Source: Octopus vulgaris (lineage: Eukaryota). From it: a DNA stretch of 64,000 bases. A program made the position numbers and the translations under genes. Shown piece after piece: positions 11,663 through 26,186 of this stretch (position 1 is the first letter of the stretch; the number at the start of each line of letters is the position of its first letter). The DNA lies in the NCBI GenBank assembly GCA_951406725.2, contig OX597817.1:108004001-108068000 (forward strand), read 5' to 3'. Below the pieces are notes generated by a model that had not been told where the DNA came from, ran no database searches, and saw only the letters and a program-made list of their open reading frames with translations.

Positions 11663-11765
11663 GACCTGAAGCGTGGCTATATTTTAAAATCGAATTAATT
11701 TTAATGGTATCGGTTTAATTATTTTATTAACGATTTAAAGATATAGTCACGAAACGCACGTAGTC
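11663..11765 (+). ncRNA. Hammerhead variant in the Naiad 3' pLTR
   Basis: GAC-CTGAAGC-GTGGCTATAT...ATATAGTCAC-GAAA-CGCACG-TA-GTC; long stem II, A9>C in core, 3-bp stem I. Confidence 0.7.
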
Positions 11766-11929
11766 AATTTAATGTTTATTTAATTTAGTGATTTTTTGAA
11801 TAAAATTTATTATAGTATATTAAAATTTTTTCTATATGTCTTTCACTATTGAATTATTTAATAGAGGTTACTTCTCTTAATTACACACACACACACACGC
11901 ACATATATATGAAAATAATATACATACAG

Positions 11930-12250
11930 GAATGGTTACCCCGAGAAAGAAAGAGGGAGGAATACCTCATGAGAGGAAAGAGAATATGGTCATCAGAAAT
12001 CTCAGCTTACAACAAACCTATTGCCCGCAATACCTTTGCAGTGTCTGTCCTCATGTATAAGTTTGACTTTCTGAACTAGTCACTATAGGAACTCAGTGAT
12101 ATAGACGTTGGAACTCGGAAGCTGCTCGTTGTTACGGGAAACTTCAGCATCAATGTAGATGTAGAAAGGCTATACTTTCCACGCAAGTCTGAAGGAGTTT
12201 GCAATTCCAGTACCGAAGTTACATTTTTCATTTCATATATAAAATGGACC
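11930..12250 (+). mobile_element. Dong/R4-clade non-LTR RT-thumb remnant
   Basis: EEYLMR.KRIWSSEISAYNK.IA.NTFAV.VLMY.F...ELSDIDVGTRKLL..TGNF..N.DVERLYFPRK. Confidence 0.75.
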
Positions 12251-12572
12251 AACAGGATACATACCAACCCGTCTGGAACAAAGTATGGCTGAACTTGTGA
12301 TCTTGGGGAGAGAACACAAATCCCTTAATTCATACGCTACAAATGATCACGATATCTGGAACTATGAAAATTTGCAAGACCTTTTTAAGATGATGGTTAA
12401 AACGAGATTCATCCCTTCAAAACCTTGCTACCAAGTAGGTAGCCTGTTAGAATTTATTCTAAGTTAAAAAGGGGAAAAGAACATACATACACACACATAC
12501 ACAAATACATATATACACACATACATACATACATACATACATACATACATACATACATACATACATACATAC

Positions 12573-12940
12573 ATGATGGCTGCCCCCTCGTTATCGAGTA
12601 TGGTCATTGCACGAAGCTTAATCAATGTTGTTATCGTGCAATGCCTGTGCAAGAAGATTTTTTTTAAAGTGAGGAAAGGCTGTGTACTGAGTCAATCCCA
12701 CACACTAAGCAACAGCAGCCATAATCCGAAAAGAAGAAGAAGTCAATATCATCGGTAACCACTGAGCCGCAGGTTTTATGTCGGAGTTATTCCAGTTACC
12801 TGAGTTACCTTCTCCTAGAAGGATGCCCTAACAATGGCTAGGAGTCCTTCACTCCCAATGGTTTAACCGCGCGATCGGGTATTCAGTCCGATTATTTCTA
12901 TGTCCCCGCGCATGATACAGCCTTAGTTCCCCCGCCCTCC
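12573..12940 (-). mobile_element. Short non-autonomous RTE-like derivative inserted in (ATAC)n
   Basis: Minus strand contains GGGCATCCTTCTAGGAGAAGGTAACTC, resembling RTE 5' UTRs; GC-richer island between two (TACA)n tracts. Confidence 0.4.
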
Positions 12941-13380
12941 ATACATACATACATACATACATACATACATACATGCATGCATACATACATACATACATAC
13001 ATACATACACACACACGCACGCATGCATACATACATACATACATACATACATACATACATACATACACACGCATGCATGCATGCATACATACATACATAC
13101 ATACATACATACACACATACATACATACATACATACATACACATACATACATACATACATACATACATACACACGCATGCATGCATGCATACATACATAC
13201 ATACATACATACATACACACACACATACATACATACATACATACATACATACATACATACATACATACATACATACATACATACACACGCATGCATGCAT
13301 GCATACATACATACATACATACATACATACATACACACATACATACATACATACATACATACATACATACATACATACGT
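12941..13380. repeat. Compound (ATAC)n microsatellite with periodic GCAT/CACG interruptions
   Basis: Direct inspection. Confidence 0.95.
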
Positions 13381-14000
13381 ACGTACTTATAGTGAGTGGG
13401 TGTGAGTGTGTGTTGTATGTTTATATGTATGTCTTTGTCACATACATCGTGACAACCGGTGTTTGGTGTTTTGTTGTGCTCGATAAAGAAGAGATCGAGA
13501 ACATAAGTACCCTGACTTAAATCATGTACTGGGTTGATTTCATACCTAAACCCTTAAAAGCATGACCGCTGTCGAATAACTGGCACAAGTAAAAGTATGT
13601 GTGGGTATGTGTGAGTATAATGAGAGAGAGAGAGAGAAAGACAGACAGAGACAGACAGAGAGAAAGATTGGCAGACAGACAGAGAGATAGATAAGCAGAC
13701 AGACAGACTGACAGAAAGGAGAGAGTGAAAGAGAAAGAGAAAGAGAAAGAGAAAAAGGGAGACAGAAAGTCTTGCAGACATGTGTCACCGAACCCGTTTC
13801 TGTTTACAATTTGCCAAAAGGAATCAATGAGTAGGAAACTGAAGAGGCGAAAGCGCGTGTTGCCACGAAAGTAGATCGAACACAGAACCACGTGGTGCGA
13901 TGCAAAATTCCTAACACACTGTTATAGTTTTATATACATGAGAAAGAAAATAATGTGTGTGTGTGTGTGTGTGTGAATGAGTGTGTGTGTGTGTGTGGGC

Positions 14001-14045
<45 letters not shown>

Positions 14046-14077
14046 AATATATATGTGAGTGTATATTTATATATATA

Positions 14078-14126
<49 letters not shown>

Positions 14127-14229
14127 TTAAATGTAATTAAACGAACAATAAAGAATACACGAGAAACAAGGCTTCACAAAAATGGTATTAGCTTAATAGA
14201 AAGAAAAAGTGACGTTTCGGACGTTAGTC

Positions 14230-14322
<93 letters not shown>

Positions 14323-14462
14323 CATCTATTTGTATACACATTGTATATACATCTACGTGTGTATGTGCGTGTATGTGTGGTGTGTCAGTGTCTGTGTGCG
14401 TGAATGTAGCAATATTGTGCGTGTGTGTGTATATGTGTGTGCGCGGTGAGCGTGTGTGTGAG

Positions 14463-14495
<33 letters not shown>

Positions 14496-14772
14496 GTGTA
14501 TGTATATATATATGTGTGTGTGTGTGTGTGTATTTATGAGATACGATTTCAGTGACTTTTTACTAACACCCAATGAAATACGCCGCCATGAGCTATGAGC
14601 TTTGTTTCTTCTGCTTTGCCTTACCTCTTATGCCTTTCCCACCACACTTACATACGCAAAACAATAATAAATAAATAAATAAACAAACAAACAAATAAAT
14701 AAATAAAAAAAAGCATGTTAATGTGTGAGGTGGAAAGAGACTAAGAGGCAATGTGTGTAGGTCAGTCAGCAT

Positions 14773-14810
14773 TATAAAGTTAGTCAGCCTGCTACACCAG
14801 GGCAATCTGT
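14773..14810 (+). promoter_or_regulatory. Candidate TATA box / TSS of the host gene
   Basis: TATAAAG at 14773-14779, ~170 bp upstream of ATG 14943, in non-repetitive sequence. Confidence 0.4.
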
Positions 14811-14942
14811 TGTAAGAGGCGCGACATTTCACTGTACTCACACATGACATACTAAACTGACTGACTAGCAGCCGGTATAGCTGAACGAAGGATATACATA
14901 CACATACAGACAGAGAGCGAGGTTAGTTGATAGAAGAAAAAC

Positions 14943-15024
14943 ATGGAACGTAACGATTCCACGTGTCCCGTCCGGGACAGTGGAGTTAATAGAGAATTTC
15001 CAGATAAAGATATCGACAACATCG
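14943..15024 (+). CDS. First coding exon of a putative SLC4-family (Na+-coupled bicarbonate transporter-like) gene
   Basis: AAAAAC-ATG-G context; MERNDSTCPVRDSGVNREFPDKDIDNI + G/GTAAGT donor (phase 1); splices in frame to 51155. Confidence 0.65.
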
Positions 15025-15198
15025 GTAAGTTTTTATATAATTGTAATTTCCAACAAATTTTCCTCTTTTTTTTGTGGGGGGTTTGGTCATAACTTTGTTC
15101 ATTCAACTTTTCCTCATTCATTAAAATAAAAGAACGTGCGTAGCGCCTATTATCATCATCTATAACTTCTGTACCTCTCCCTAAGTAATTGCAGACGT

Positions 15199-15311
<113 letters not shown>

Positions 15312-15944
15312 TAATATTGGCCTTAATTTGTATGTATGAATTTATGTGCCTTTTGACGTCAGCATGCTGTAGATTTAATGTTCGCGTGGGTTTCTTTCAT
15401 CTAAAACACGTAAAGCGCTGTTTAGAAAGTATATATGAAATCGCTAAATTCAAAATGCCCTCCACCTCCATAAAAAATGAAAAAGAAAAAAATTTAACAA
15501 CACAGCTGTTAAAATATTAGGTAAATTTTTACCAACTCACCCCCATGCCTTTTTTTTTTATTATTTTATAATCCTTGTGTCAAGAGAGTTGAAACATTCA
15601 TACAGATGTTAGTTGTTTTTTGTTCCTTTTTCTCTCCCCACCCCCCATAAAATAACCCTGAAAAATTCTGATTTTAAGTGTAGGTTTTTTTTAAAACTAA
15701 GGCTCTTTTACACGTCACTGTCGCTTCCAATACGTACATACATATATACATACAAACGTGTGTGTGTATATATACACATATATACATATTTATACATTTA
15801 CGTATACATACACACATACATTCATATGAAACTGGATTGATGGATTAATGTGTATATGTATGTATACATACATACATGTTATATAACTATATATTTATAT
15901 AAATATATATGTATGTCTCTCTTTCTCTCTGTCTCTGTCTGTCA

Positions 15945-15982
<38 letters not shown>

Positions 15983-16998
15983 GTCCACGCACACATATAT
16001 ATGAAGTAAATGGATTATCTGCCGGAATCGACGTTGAATAATCTTGTTGTCCTAGCATCGGAACTTCCTACTTATGGTTTTATTGTACAAATGACAGAAA
16101 TTTCCTCTGACACTTGTACTAATCGCATCTGTTTCGAATTAGATCGCACAATTTATTGACTTCTATATATTATTCGTACTCTTAGCGTAATCTTCAGCAA
16201 TCAGCCCAACCATCCTTCATGATCCCACGCAGTTTCCAACTAGCTTACTTCACTGACCACACTCGGATTGGTCCGACTCCATCGTGGAAGACTCGTGCCA
16301 CTACAGCATTCCTTCGGTATTGGTACGAAGAGTCTCGGTATGAGACGATGTCATTTCCCCCTACACTCATCATCTATATCTGTGCGTGCGTGAGTGTCTG
16401 TATATATCGAACCCAAGACTGAGCTTTGTCTTGTGCCACACACATGTATTCATTAACATGTGGAGTTGGTGGTATACCTGCAGATCTGTATAGTTTATAG
16501 ACCTGCTGATCTATATAGTTCATGGAATATTTTACGCTAAACTTTTCTATAACATGTTCGTTTTCTGTGGACTATATATGATACAAAGTAGGATTTAGTT
16601 CAATCTTTAGAAAGTTTGATGGAATGAGACAAATGAAAAGAGTAACAGATTCAACGTCCTGTAATTTCTTCTTTATGTTGTGAATTCAACACACCGAGTT
16701 GCAGTTTGCTTCACTCGTAGGAAGATCAAGAAAAATACATTTTGAGTCATACGATTAGTGTCAGTTTTATAGATATATTTGACTTTTCTCAAAATACAAA
16801 ACTCCATTGTTTTAAAACGTTAATTATATATGCAAAATTTAATATCTACATACCAATAATAATAAAAACAATGGGTTGACTAAACACAGGGAAGTACATA
16901 CAAACATACATAAATACATACATACATACATACATACATACATACATACATACATACATACATACATACATACATACATACACACACACATACATATA

Positions 16999-17123
16999 CG
17001 AGGGGTGTATGAAAAGTCTTGAACCTCAAAAAAACAAAACATGGTACAAGACTTCTGATGAAGGTACAGACTTCAAGGCTCTAAGAAGGCCTTGAAGGCT
17101 GAAAACTTTTCATACACCCCTTA
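16999..17123. mobile_element. Tiny mariner-type MITE
   Basis: TA-CGAGGGGTGTATGAAAAGT ... ACTTTTCATACACCCCTTA-TA terminal inverted repeats with TA flanks. Confidence 0.75.
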
Positions 17124-17172
17124 TATATATATATATATATATATAAAACTTACTTGGAAAAGGATGCGTGAG

Positions 17173-17219
<47 letters not shown>

Positions 17220-17660
17220 ACCTTGAAGGGTTTAGTCGAACAAATTCATACCAGGACTTATCATTTGAAGTCTGGCATTTATTCCATCGTTGTTGTTTTT
17301 TCTCTTTTACCGAATCACTACTTTACGGAGACGTAAACGTACCAATACCGGTTGTTAAGCGGTGGATTGACAAATACAAACACAAACACAAAGGCACACA
17401 TCCCACGCCTCCACACTCACAAACACAGACTCACACACATACACACACACGCACACGCACGCTTGCGCGCACACACACACTTGCGCGCACACACACACAG
17501 ACACACACACACAGACAGAAAAACTTCCATCTACCAAATTCACCCCCGAGTCACCGGGTAGGTTTGGGACTGTAAGTTGAAGGCACTTGGCCAAGGCGCC
17601 GCGCAGTATGTCCGAACTGGAAACTGCGTTGTGAAGTGAACCATCCCAACACCTGTACAT
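17220..17660 (-). mobile_element. Diverged tRNA-derived SINE with internal (CA)n (family A)
   Basis: Similar to 18161-18596. Confidence 0.7.
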
Positions 17661-18160
17661 ACAAAACTGATATAGCAGACGTCTTCAAAATATGTGGATG
17701 ACGCTAGCAATGTATATGTATGTGTGTGTGTGTAAATATATATATATAATTGCATTTATAAATGTACATACATACATACATATACATATATACGTATATA
17801 TCTATCTCTCTCCCTCTCCCCTCCTCTCTCTATATATATACACACATTTATATAATTTTGATAACTTAAGATAGGTTCCGGCCAGTATTAGCCCAGACCC
17901 TGTCTAACTTAATAGTACCACCTGGTGAAGTCTTAGTCATATAGTTTAAAATTTAGCAGGTTTAGCTACCACTTAGAGTAGAGGTAAGGTCTAATTGGGA
18001 GTTGAAACCTTTGATAACTAAAATATTCTTCTTTACAAGCAAAAAGTATGACTTCGACAAAGGCTTGAAATTTCATGGTGGTTTCTCTCACTATGACGTT
18101 TTCTGTTTTACCCCTTTTTTCAGTCCGAGGCATTTTTATAAGTTTGTTCTGAATATCCAT

Positions 18161-18386
18161 ACTCTTTACTCTCTCTTTTTTACTCTTTTACTTGTTTCAG
18201 TCATTTGACTGCGGCCATGCTGGAGCACCGCCTTTAGTCGAGCAACTCGACCCCGGGACTTATTCTTTTTGTAAGCCCAGTACTTATTCTATCGGTCTCT
18301 TTTTGCCGAACCGCTAAGTTACGGGGACGTAAACACACCAGCATCGGTTGTCAAGCAACGCTAGGGGAACAAACACAGACACACAA

Positions 18387-18425
<39 letters not shown>

Positions 18426-18596
18426 CATATATACGACAGGCTTCTTTCAGTTTCCGTCTACCAAATCCACTCACAAGGCATTGGTCGGCCCGGGGCTATA
18501 GCAGAAGACACTTGCCCAAGATGCCACGCAGTGGGACTGAACCCAGAGCCATGTGGCTGGTTAGCAAGCTTCTTACCACACAGCCGCTCCTGCGCC
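18161..18596 (-). mobile_element. Full-length tRNA-derived SINE with internal (CA)n/(TA)n (family A)
   Basis: Head GGCGCAGGAGCGGCTGTGTGGTAAG..GGGTTCAGTCCC (A/B boxes), AAGAGTA-type tail; partial copies at ~13400-13600, 20065-20230, 24410-24570, 32110-32260, 34930-35090, 35790-36210, 38135-38300, 42815-43140. Confidence 0.88.
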
Positions 18597-18904
18597 ATCC
18601 TTGTTTCATTACTTTCTGAGTAAATAAGAGCTTTACTTTCTTAAGTTATTCTGGTAATTGAAATGAATGAATGAATAAATAAATAAATAAAAACAAGTAA
18701 CTGTGTATCACACGATGCGTGGACGCCAGGGAGATATGCTCTGTGTATCACATATGATAAGACAGAACGGGCTAGAAGTTAATTGGCAGCTGAAACCCTG
18801 CATGCGATAAGAAGTACATATGAGTCTGTGGCTTTTATACATTTTCCAGGAGTATAGATCGCTTAAGAGGTGTGAAATAATTGCATTTCAGAAATGAAAT
18901 GCAA

Positions 18905-18909
18905 CTATT

Positions 18910-18969
<60 letters not shown>

Positions 18970-19038
18970 TCCTCCCTCCCTTCTTTCTTTCTTTCTTTCT
19001 TTTTTTCCTCCCTCCCTTCTTTCTTTCCCTCTTTCTTA

Positions 19039-19081
<43 letters not shown>

Positions 19082-19132
19082 TCGTTCTTTCTCTTTCTTT
19101 CTTTCTGTCCTTCCTTCCTTTCTTCCTTCCTT
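18905..19132. repeat. (CTTT)n/(CCTT)n polypyrimidine microsatellite
   Basis: Direct inspection. Confidence 0.95.
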
Positions 19133-19632
19133 CAATACGTGTGTAGGAATAGGCAAACAAACACCTTACAACTAACAGTTGTAAACTTCCGGTGAGTCGA
19201 GTCTAAGACGTTACTTTGACTCCCTCTTGTAGTCTTTTCACTTAAAGACGCTACAAACATTCTCAGGAAAGGTGTAAACGTCAAAACTTCTTTATTTCCA
19301 TTTCCTTCGTTTATTTGTTTATTTCATTTGCAGTGTCTTTGTCACTCGCTCAGTCAGCTAGAAATAACGCCCAGATACCTTTCAAGTCGCACTACCGTTT
19401 ATTGAAATGATGTGATTGTGACGGTTGGAAAGTCTTTGATATTGTAGGTCTATGCAATCTAGGCAGAGGCTTAAACAACAACAAACAACACCCCAAATCA
19501 ATTCAAATGTAACTGAGATGCAGCAATCTGAAGGTAATGGGCAGACTGGTCAGTTGCCGGGGTGGGATGGGTGGTTGTTCTCACTAGTCTAGGATCTACG
19601 AATGCTGTAGCTGCTGCCAATAAATAAATATT

Positions 19633-19854
19633 CTTTTCTACTCTAGGCACAAGGCTCGAAATTTTGGGTGAGTGGGGGGGGGGGGGCAATCAATTAGATC
19701 GACCCCAGTACGCAACTGGTACTTAATTTATCGACCTCGAAAGGATGAAAGGCAAAGTTGACCTCGGCGGAATTTGAACTCAGAACGTAAAGACAGAGGA
19801 AATACTGCTAAGCATTTCGCCCGGCGTGCTAACGTTTCTGCCAGATTGCCGCCT
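19633..19854 (-). mobile_element. tRNA-derived CORE-like SINE (family B) with 12-bp TSD
   Basis: B-box GAGTTCAAATTCC, GCCTTTCATCCTTTCG.GGTCGATAAA core; TAAATAAATATT on both sides. Confidence 0.88.
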
Positions 19855-20237
19855 TAAATAAATATTAAAGGGTCCAATTCACTGATAAGACGGCTTTGCT
19901 GGGAGTTGTTTGTAAAGAAGTAAACACTGAAACTGTTGGATGTTATTAAGTCCCAACTCATCTCTTGTAAAGCAGATCCTTAATCAGTGACCTTTCAACC
20001 GTGACTACTTCGCTTCCCCTTTAAAAAAAAAATATTTTACATGCATAATATATCATCAAAAAGTATGACTGTGGTTAAGAAGCTTACAAGAACGTGAGCT
20101 TCGGGTTCAGTCCCACTGCGCAGTACTTTAGGCAAGTGTCTTCTATTATAATATTCTAACCCCGGACCAACCAATGCTTTGTAAGTGCCTTTGGTAGACG
20201 GAAATTGCAGGGAAACCCGTCGAATACGCATACATAT

Positions 20238-20327
<90 letters not shown>

Positions 20328-20713
20328 ACATATTAATTATTTGTTGCATTCATTTGAATCAAGATATTTTAATATTTAAGGACACCGAGTGAAGACCGAG
20401 ATCCGCACATCTGGGTGTATTGTATTCATGCACTTACACATACATGTACATGCACACATCTGTAGACACATACATATTGATATACATGTGCATTAAACTA
20501 TATACCCATGCACACTGGACTGCAGTTTCGCGATCTAATGTAAATTCCAGATTCGACAAAGGGAAAAGTTCCAGGTATGGTGTTTACATAAAAAAAAAAA
20601 TCAATCGAATTATTCATCAATAAAAAACATCTGAAACAGGTGTAGTGAAACTTAACTTATGTTCTTTTTAGATATACATATACATACATACATGCATACA
20701 TACACACACATAC

Positions 20714-20748
<35 letters not shown>

Positions 20749-20788
20749 TATATATATATATATATATATAGTTTTCGTAAACTCTCCC

Positions 20789-20823
<35 letters not shown>

Positions 20824-21805
20824 ATGTGTATATATATATACATACATACATACATACATACATACATACATACAAACAGACACACACACGTGTATAGTCA
20901 AAAAGACATTAGAGTGTAGTTTAGGAGAGATTCGGCTGCTATTTCTAGCAAAGTAAGCGCTCACTTAGAAGTTCGCCCGCTGGCTCTTTGTTGGTTGTTC
21001 CTGTTAAACACTTGACTGACCAGGGGTCAAACAAATGTAGCAACAACAAAATACGTATGTTTTTCATGGAGCTGACCAATGATAAAAATCATTGTAATCC
21101 AGTCTCGACCAGCCCATTTATTTTTGGTCAAAAATATTAAATAGAAACTATTTGACCTGTTTGTCTAATATTTATCATTTTAGACTGTAGTCGACACAAC
21201 AAAGTACTATTCAAGTACAGGGGTCAATGATGTCTATTAATCCTATTCCTTCAAAATTACTGGCCTTGTGCCTAAATTAGAAACCACGAGAGAATGTAGT
21301 GTGTACGGTTTGCCTAGGATTTGACTGCTATTTCTAGCATATCAAACAACCCCATAGATACTCTCTGTCACTTTCTCTCTCTGAATGGTTGCGCCTGATT
21401 TCTACTTTATTGTGGCGTTGTTTATTTTATGGATTAGGGTTAGAATTAGAGCAAGGATGGTTTATTAGTGCCGCCATAGCCGTAATAATTATACTGTACA
21501 GCTGGCTTCGCTGGTACAGGAGAGTTAACATATGCTTTTGTCGTTTAATTCCTGTTCATCTTTGAATAGGCAACCATATATAACTAAAAAAGCCTTTTGG
21601 TTAAGGCCCATCCCACCTTTTTTTCTTGGGCACAATGAAGCCAACATCATATTATTCAACCCAGGATTGCAAGATCACTTTCATAAAAAGCGCGATAAAA
21701 TTTTCATAAACGCAACAGATTGTGTTAGGAAGTAACCCGAAGAGAAAATTAAACTACTACTACTACTACTACTACTACTACCACTACGTCTGCTGCTGCT
21801 GCTGT

Positions 21806-21846
<41 letters not shown>

Positions 21847-21850
21847 TACG

Positions 21851-21903
<53 letters not shown>

Positions 21904-21981
21904 TAAGAAGCGGTGCATGGTATTATTATTTTTGATTAAATGATTTCAGAATATCAGTTTGGTTTGACTTCATTATTAGAA

Positions 21982-22106
<125 letters not shown>

Positions 22107-23155
22107 GATCGATCTGTCTATCTGCGACCAAACTGGGGCACTGCCCAGAAGTGTTTAGTCGGACAAATCGATCCGTGTTGTTTTTTAGAAAAAAGTCTGT
22201 TACTTATTCTATCGGTCTGTTTTGCTGAACCGCTAATTATCACACACACACACATACACACACACACACTCACACACACACAAATATATTTGATGGTCTG
22301 TAAGTCGATTCTGAATGAAAATTTAATGTAGAATTCAGTAGGTCTCTTTCATTTAATAATTAAAATATCAAAGTAACCTGTAACCCCTGTAACTCTTCCG
22401 CATCTCCACACAACAAAAATAGTAGTGTGCACCACACCCCACAAAAGTAGCTTTATGTACTACCTGTAATCCAAACTCACAACCCTGTTATCTTCTTATT
22501 TTAAGACTGTAGGGTATGTGACTTGGAATAGATTTGGCTATTATTTCTAGTATGTTTAATGACCACGTAAGTTTTTCTCTCGTGAGCCTAACTGGCAAGT
22601 TAGCATCAGTTCGTTTCGCATGTTATCACTGATATTGCGATGGGTGCTTAAGGCACTTAAGTTTTGTAAATTTCTCATTCTATCTACCCTAGTTGTGAAT
22701 AGATGCCAAAAAAGGAACATTAGACAATTATGCATTTTGCTGTTTGAGGTAATTAGTGCAAGTACTACCTCCCTAGGGAGAGAGGGAGATGTGGGGTTTA
22801 CTCGAGGCTGACTTGCAAAGAGTAATCTAATTGTACCACTACGACCCAATTAGCTTTTGAAAAGTACCAACAAAGAGATTTTACGCCGTCCTTCTACTGG
22901 CTAGAAACAGCAGTCACATTCTCTCTAATTTCACCTTACTCCACTGTCTTAGAAGGTCAGATTAGATAAATCTGTTCTAGCTAAATGAACACTGACTAAA
23001 AGACAGACGGGATGGTCACGACTTGAGTGCTTTTGATTAGACAGATCTGCTCAATTAGAGCTGATCCTGAAGGCATGCAACAAGAATAGCCGATGAGATT
23101 TGCACCAGATCTCATTTCACATTAAGACTACACACACACACACACGTATATGAAC

Positions 23156-23201
<46 letters not shown>

Positions 23202-23361
23202 ATAATGTGTATGATGATGATATTCCAGGAAATTTTTGGATTTAGAAGTAGGAAAACAAAAGAGATAGGCACACATGCCCACACACACACACACAGATAC
23301 AGAGAAGGTGAGAGAGAGAGAGGAGATAAATAAATGAAGAGAGGAAAAAAGTCAGTGTTTT

Positions 23362-23412
<51 letters not shown>

Positions 23413-25482
23413 TCCTTTTCCATCCATCTAAATTATTCAATTTAGATTAACAGAAGTGATAAAACTATCTGTTAGCAGTTTACAAAAGTTTCAAAGTCTC
23501 GAGGAAGAAGGAAATGAAGGTTATATGGGTTATTATATTGGGGTGTACAATTTGCTACTAGTTAAAAACTAAACTATTCCGGTAGAAAGTAGAAGCATGT
23601 ATGCAACTCACTGAGAAGCTTGAGTTAGGTTAGTCTCTGAATAACTGCTTTCATTCAGACGTGTGTTGTATGAAAGGGTTTGTTGTGTTTAACGACTAGG
23701 CTGTCGTCTGTTAATTTTATACCGTGACACCTACATAACGTCTGACTACCGTAACTGCTGAACTAAATAATAGACACTCCTCGATGTGTTTTATTTTATT
23801 TTTTGTGAAGTCGTTATTCTTTTTTCCTTTTGTCTGTCGGTTTGTTTTGTTATATTTTAAAATTGTCTTTTTTTTTACTTTCTTTTCTGTAAGTTCAGAT
23901 ATTGGACTATATATTGATTAATGGATCAATGTCATTTATCTATTTAAGCATTATGTAACGCGTGAGAGCGCCTGGCCTAGTGGTTAGGATGCTGTGCTTA
24001 CGATCGCGAGATTGTGATTTCAATTCCTGAACTGGTTGGTGAGTTCTATTATTAAGCGAAACACTCCCACGTTGCTCTGCTATTACTTCGACACCTGACA
24101 TATGGTACACGTTTCACCTGTTCTGGCAACGTCGATTTGATGGGGCGGGGGTGTGAGTTAATGTACTCGGTTTCGAATCTAAGGCAGGCAGGGCCAAACG
24201 TGGTTCCACATACAGCACAAACATCTGATCACTATAAATAAATCATTTGTGCTGGTTCTACAAGAAAATGCGGAACCGTCTTTCTCGAGCTACCAGAGAT
24301 TACCATGATCAGCATGAATGTACGCATGTATATAGACATAGACACACACACAAACACACACACACACACACACAAACATGTCTGTGTGTCTGTGTGTGTT
24401 GTATGCGCTGGTGTGGATATAGGGTTTGCTTCCCAGTCATATGGCCATATGGTTCTGAGTTCAGTCCTGCAGCGTAGCGCCTCGGCCGAATTTTTTCTAT
24501 AACCCGGAGTCAACTAAAGACTTGTGAGTAGGTCTAAAGGGCGGGAATTGAAAGAAGATCACCGTACACACACATATGCTTTATAAATATGTGCGCATGA
24601 TTTGATGTTTACGGATGTTTTACGTTTGGCTGTCACTTTTCAATTTCTTCAATTTTTGCTCCAATTGATTTCATATTTGGTATGTTGGTATGTTGATATA
24701 GTTTTGTGTGGTAATCATTGACAAGAAATTCACTTTTCAATAATTCAACAAATAAAGAATTAATATATTTTGTCTGTCGGTTTGTTTTGTTATATTTTAA
24801 TGTTTGCAAATTTAGGTTAGTTTTAGCCAATCGAAAGCCACAGACATATAGGTTGCTTACCCACGTGGTAATGCTTAAAATGCTTAAAATGCATGAGGTA
24901 TGAGGTGGTCTTGAGATGTGCTAAAAATAATAGGACTTAAATCTCTCATAAAAATGTTTGTTTGTTTTTGCACAATCGTATGAATTCCCGTGTGTAGAAT
25001 ACAAATTCGCAAAAATTTTCTGAAAATTCCAAAACATAACAGAAAAGATCCGTGTCTACTTGTCTTGACATAGCTTGAAGGCTGTAAACGAGTTTCGCTG
25101 CCATACAGCAATGTTCATTGTTCCCAATCTTCCGTGAAAAAATGTCTGACTATGTATGAGGAATTATTTATTACCTTACTTACGTGGAAACAGAAGAGGA
25201 TTGGTGACAGGAAGGGTCTCCAGCTGTGTAAAATCTGCCTCAACAAATTTCGCCCGATTCATGCGAGCTTAGAAAAGTTAAACGATAATAATGATGATAC
25301 GCACAATACACACAAAAACACACATACTCAATGTGTGCGTATGAACATGTCCGGGACCAGTAATGGTCCAATTCTTAAGTTATATGAACACGTGTGTAGG
25401 CGCACGTGTATGTATAATGGTTTCGTTTTTTCTTATAGCCAGGACAGAAGGTAGTGACTATGACCATTGCAGAGACAGATTC

Positions 25483-25553
<71 letters not shown>

Positions 25554-26100
25554 CGTGTGTGTATATGCGTGTGTGAGAGAGGCTTGGGGAGGGTATCCTC
25601 AAATCTGAAACCTGGTCCAAATGCTTGCAAAAGACTGGATTAAAGGCACCACGGACACTAAAGGCATCCATGCTGCCGGGTTAAAAGAGAGAAGTCTATC
25701 ATCCAAGCAGCCAAGGGCGAGCTTTGAACTCAGAACGCAAAGAGCCAGAACAAATACTAGAAGGCGTCCTGTTCTTACAGTTCCGTCTGTCAACTGTCCC
25801 CGAAAGGATGAAAGGCAAAGTTGACTCCGAGTAGATTTGGACTCGGAGCTCCCTCTTACTCTCTCTCGCTCTCCCTCTCCATGCTGGACCGTTGAAATCT
25901 ACAAATTTTTCATTCTCGCTGTTTATTTTCTCTTATTCCTTTCTGTTGGAGAGCGTAGGCGCAAAACGTAAAATACTTTTTCATTTTCCCGAGCGTCAAA
26001 CTAATATACTTGCTTGTTCATACATCTGTCTTCGTCTTCTGTTTTTCTATAAATTTCAGCTATATATAAACTTGCTTATGTGTATTCAAACACACACACA

Positions 26101-26186
<86 letters not shown>

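Noticed and set aside
12849-13520. Long MYVC/HTYI ORFs (and all similar IYIY, CVCV, poly-S/K/N ORFs in the window)
   Set aside because: Translations of microsatellites
14205-14231. 3' half of a minimal HHR on the minus strand (GGAC-TAAC-GTCC-GAAACGTC)
   Set aside because: CUGANGA core is missing, replaced by (GATA)n; only a truncated relic
16155-16201. CTGAAGA...GAAT...GTC on the minus strand
   Set aside because: GAAA box and stem III are broken; cannot be supported as an HHR
17050-17110. CTGATGA...GAAA inside the MITE
   Set aside because: No stem I or III and no cleavage triplet
20938-20950. GCTAGAAATAGCA match (minus strand) to the Cas9 sgRNA scaffold
   Set aside because: Short chance match within a native dispersed repeat; no CRISPR array or cas genes
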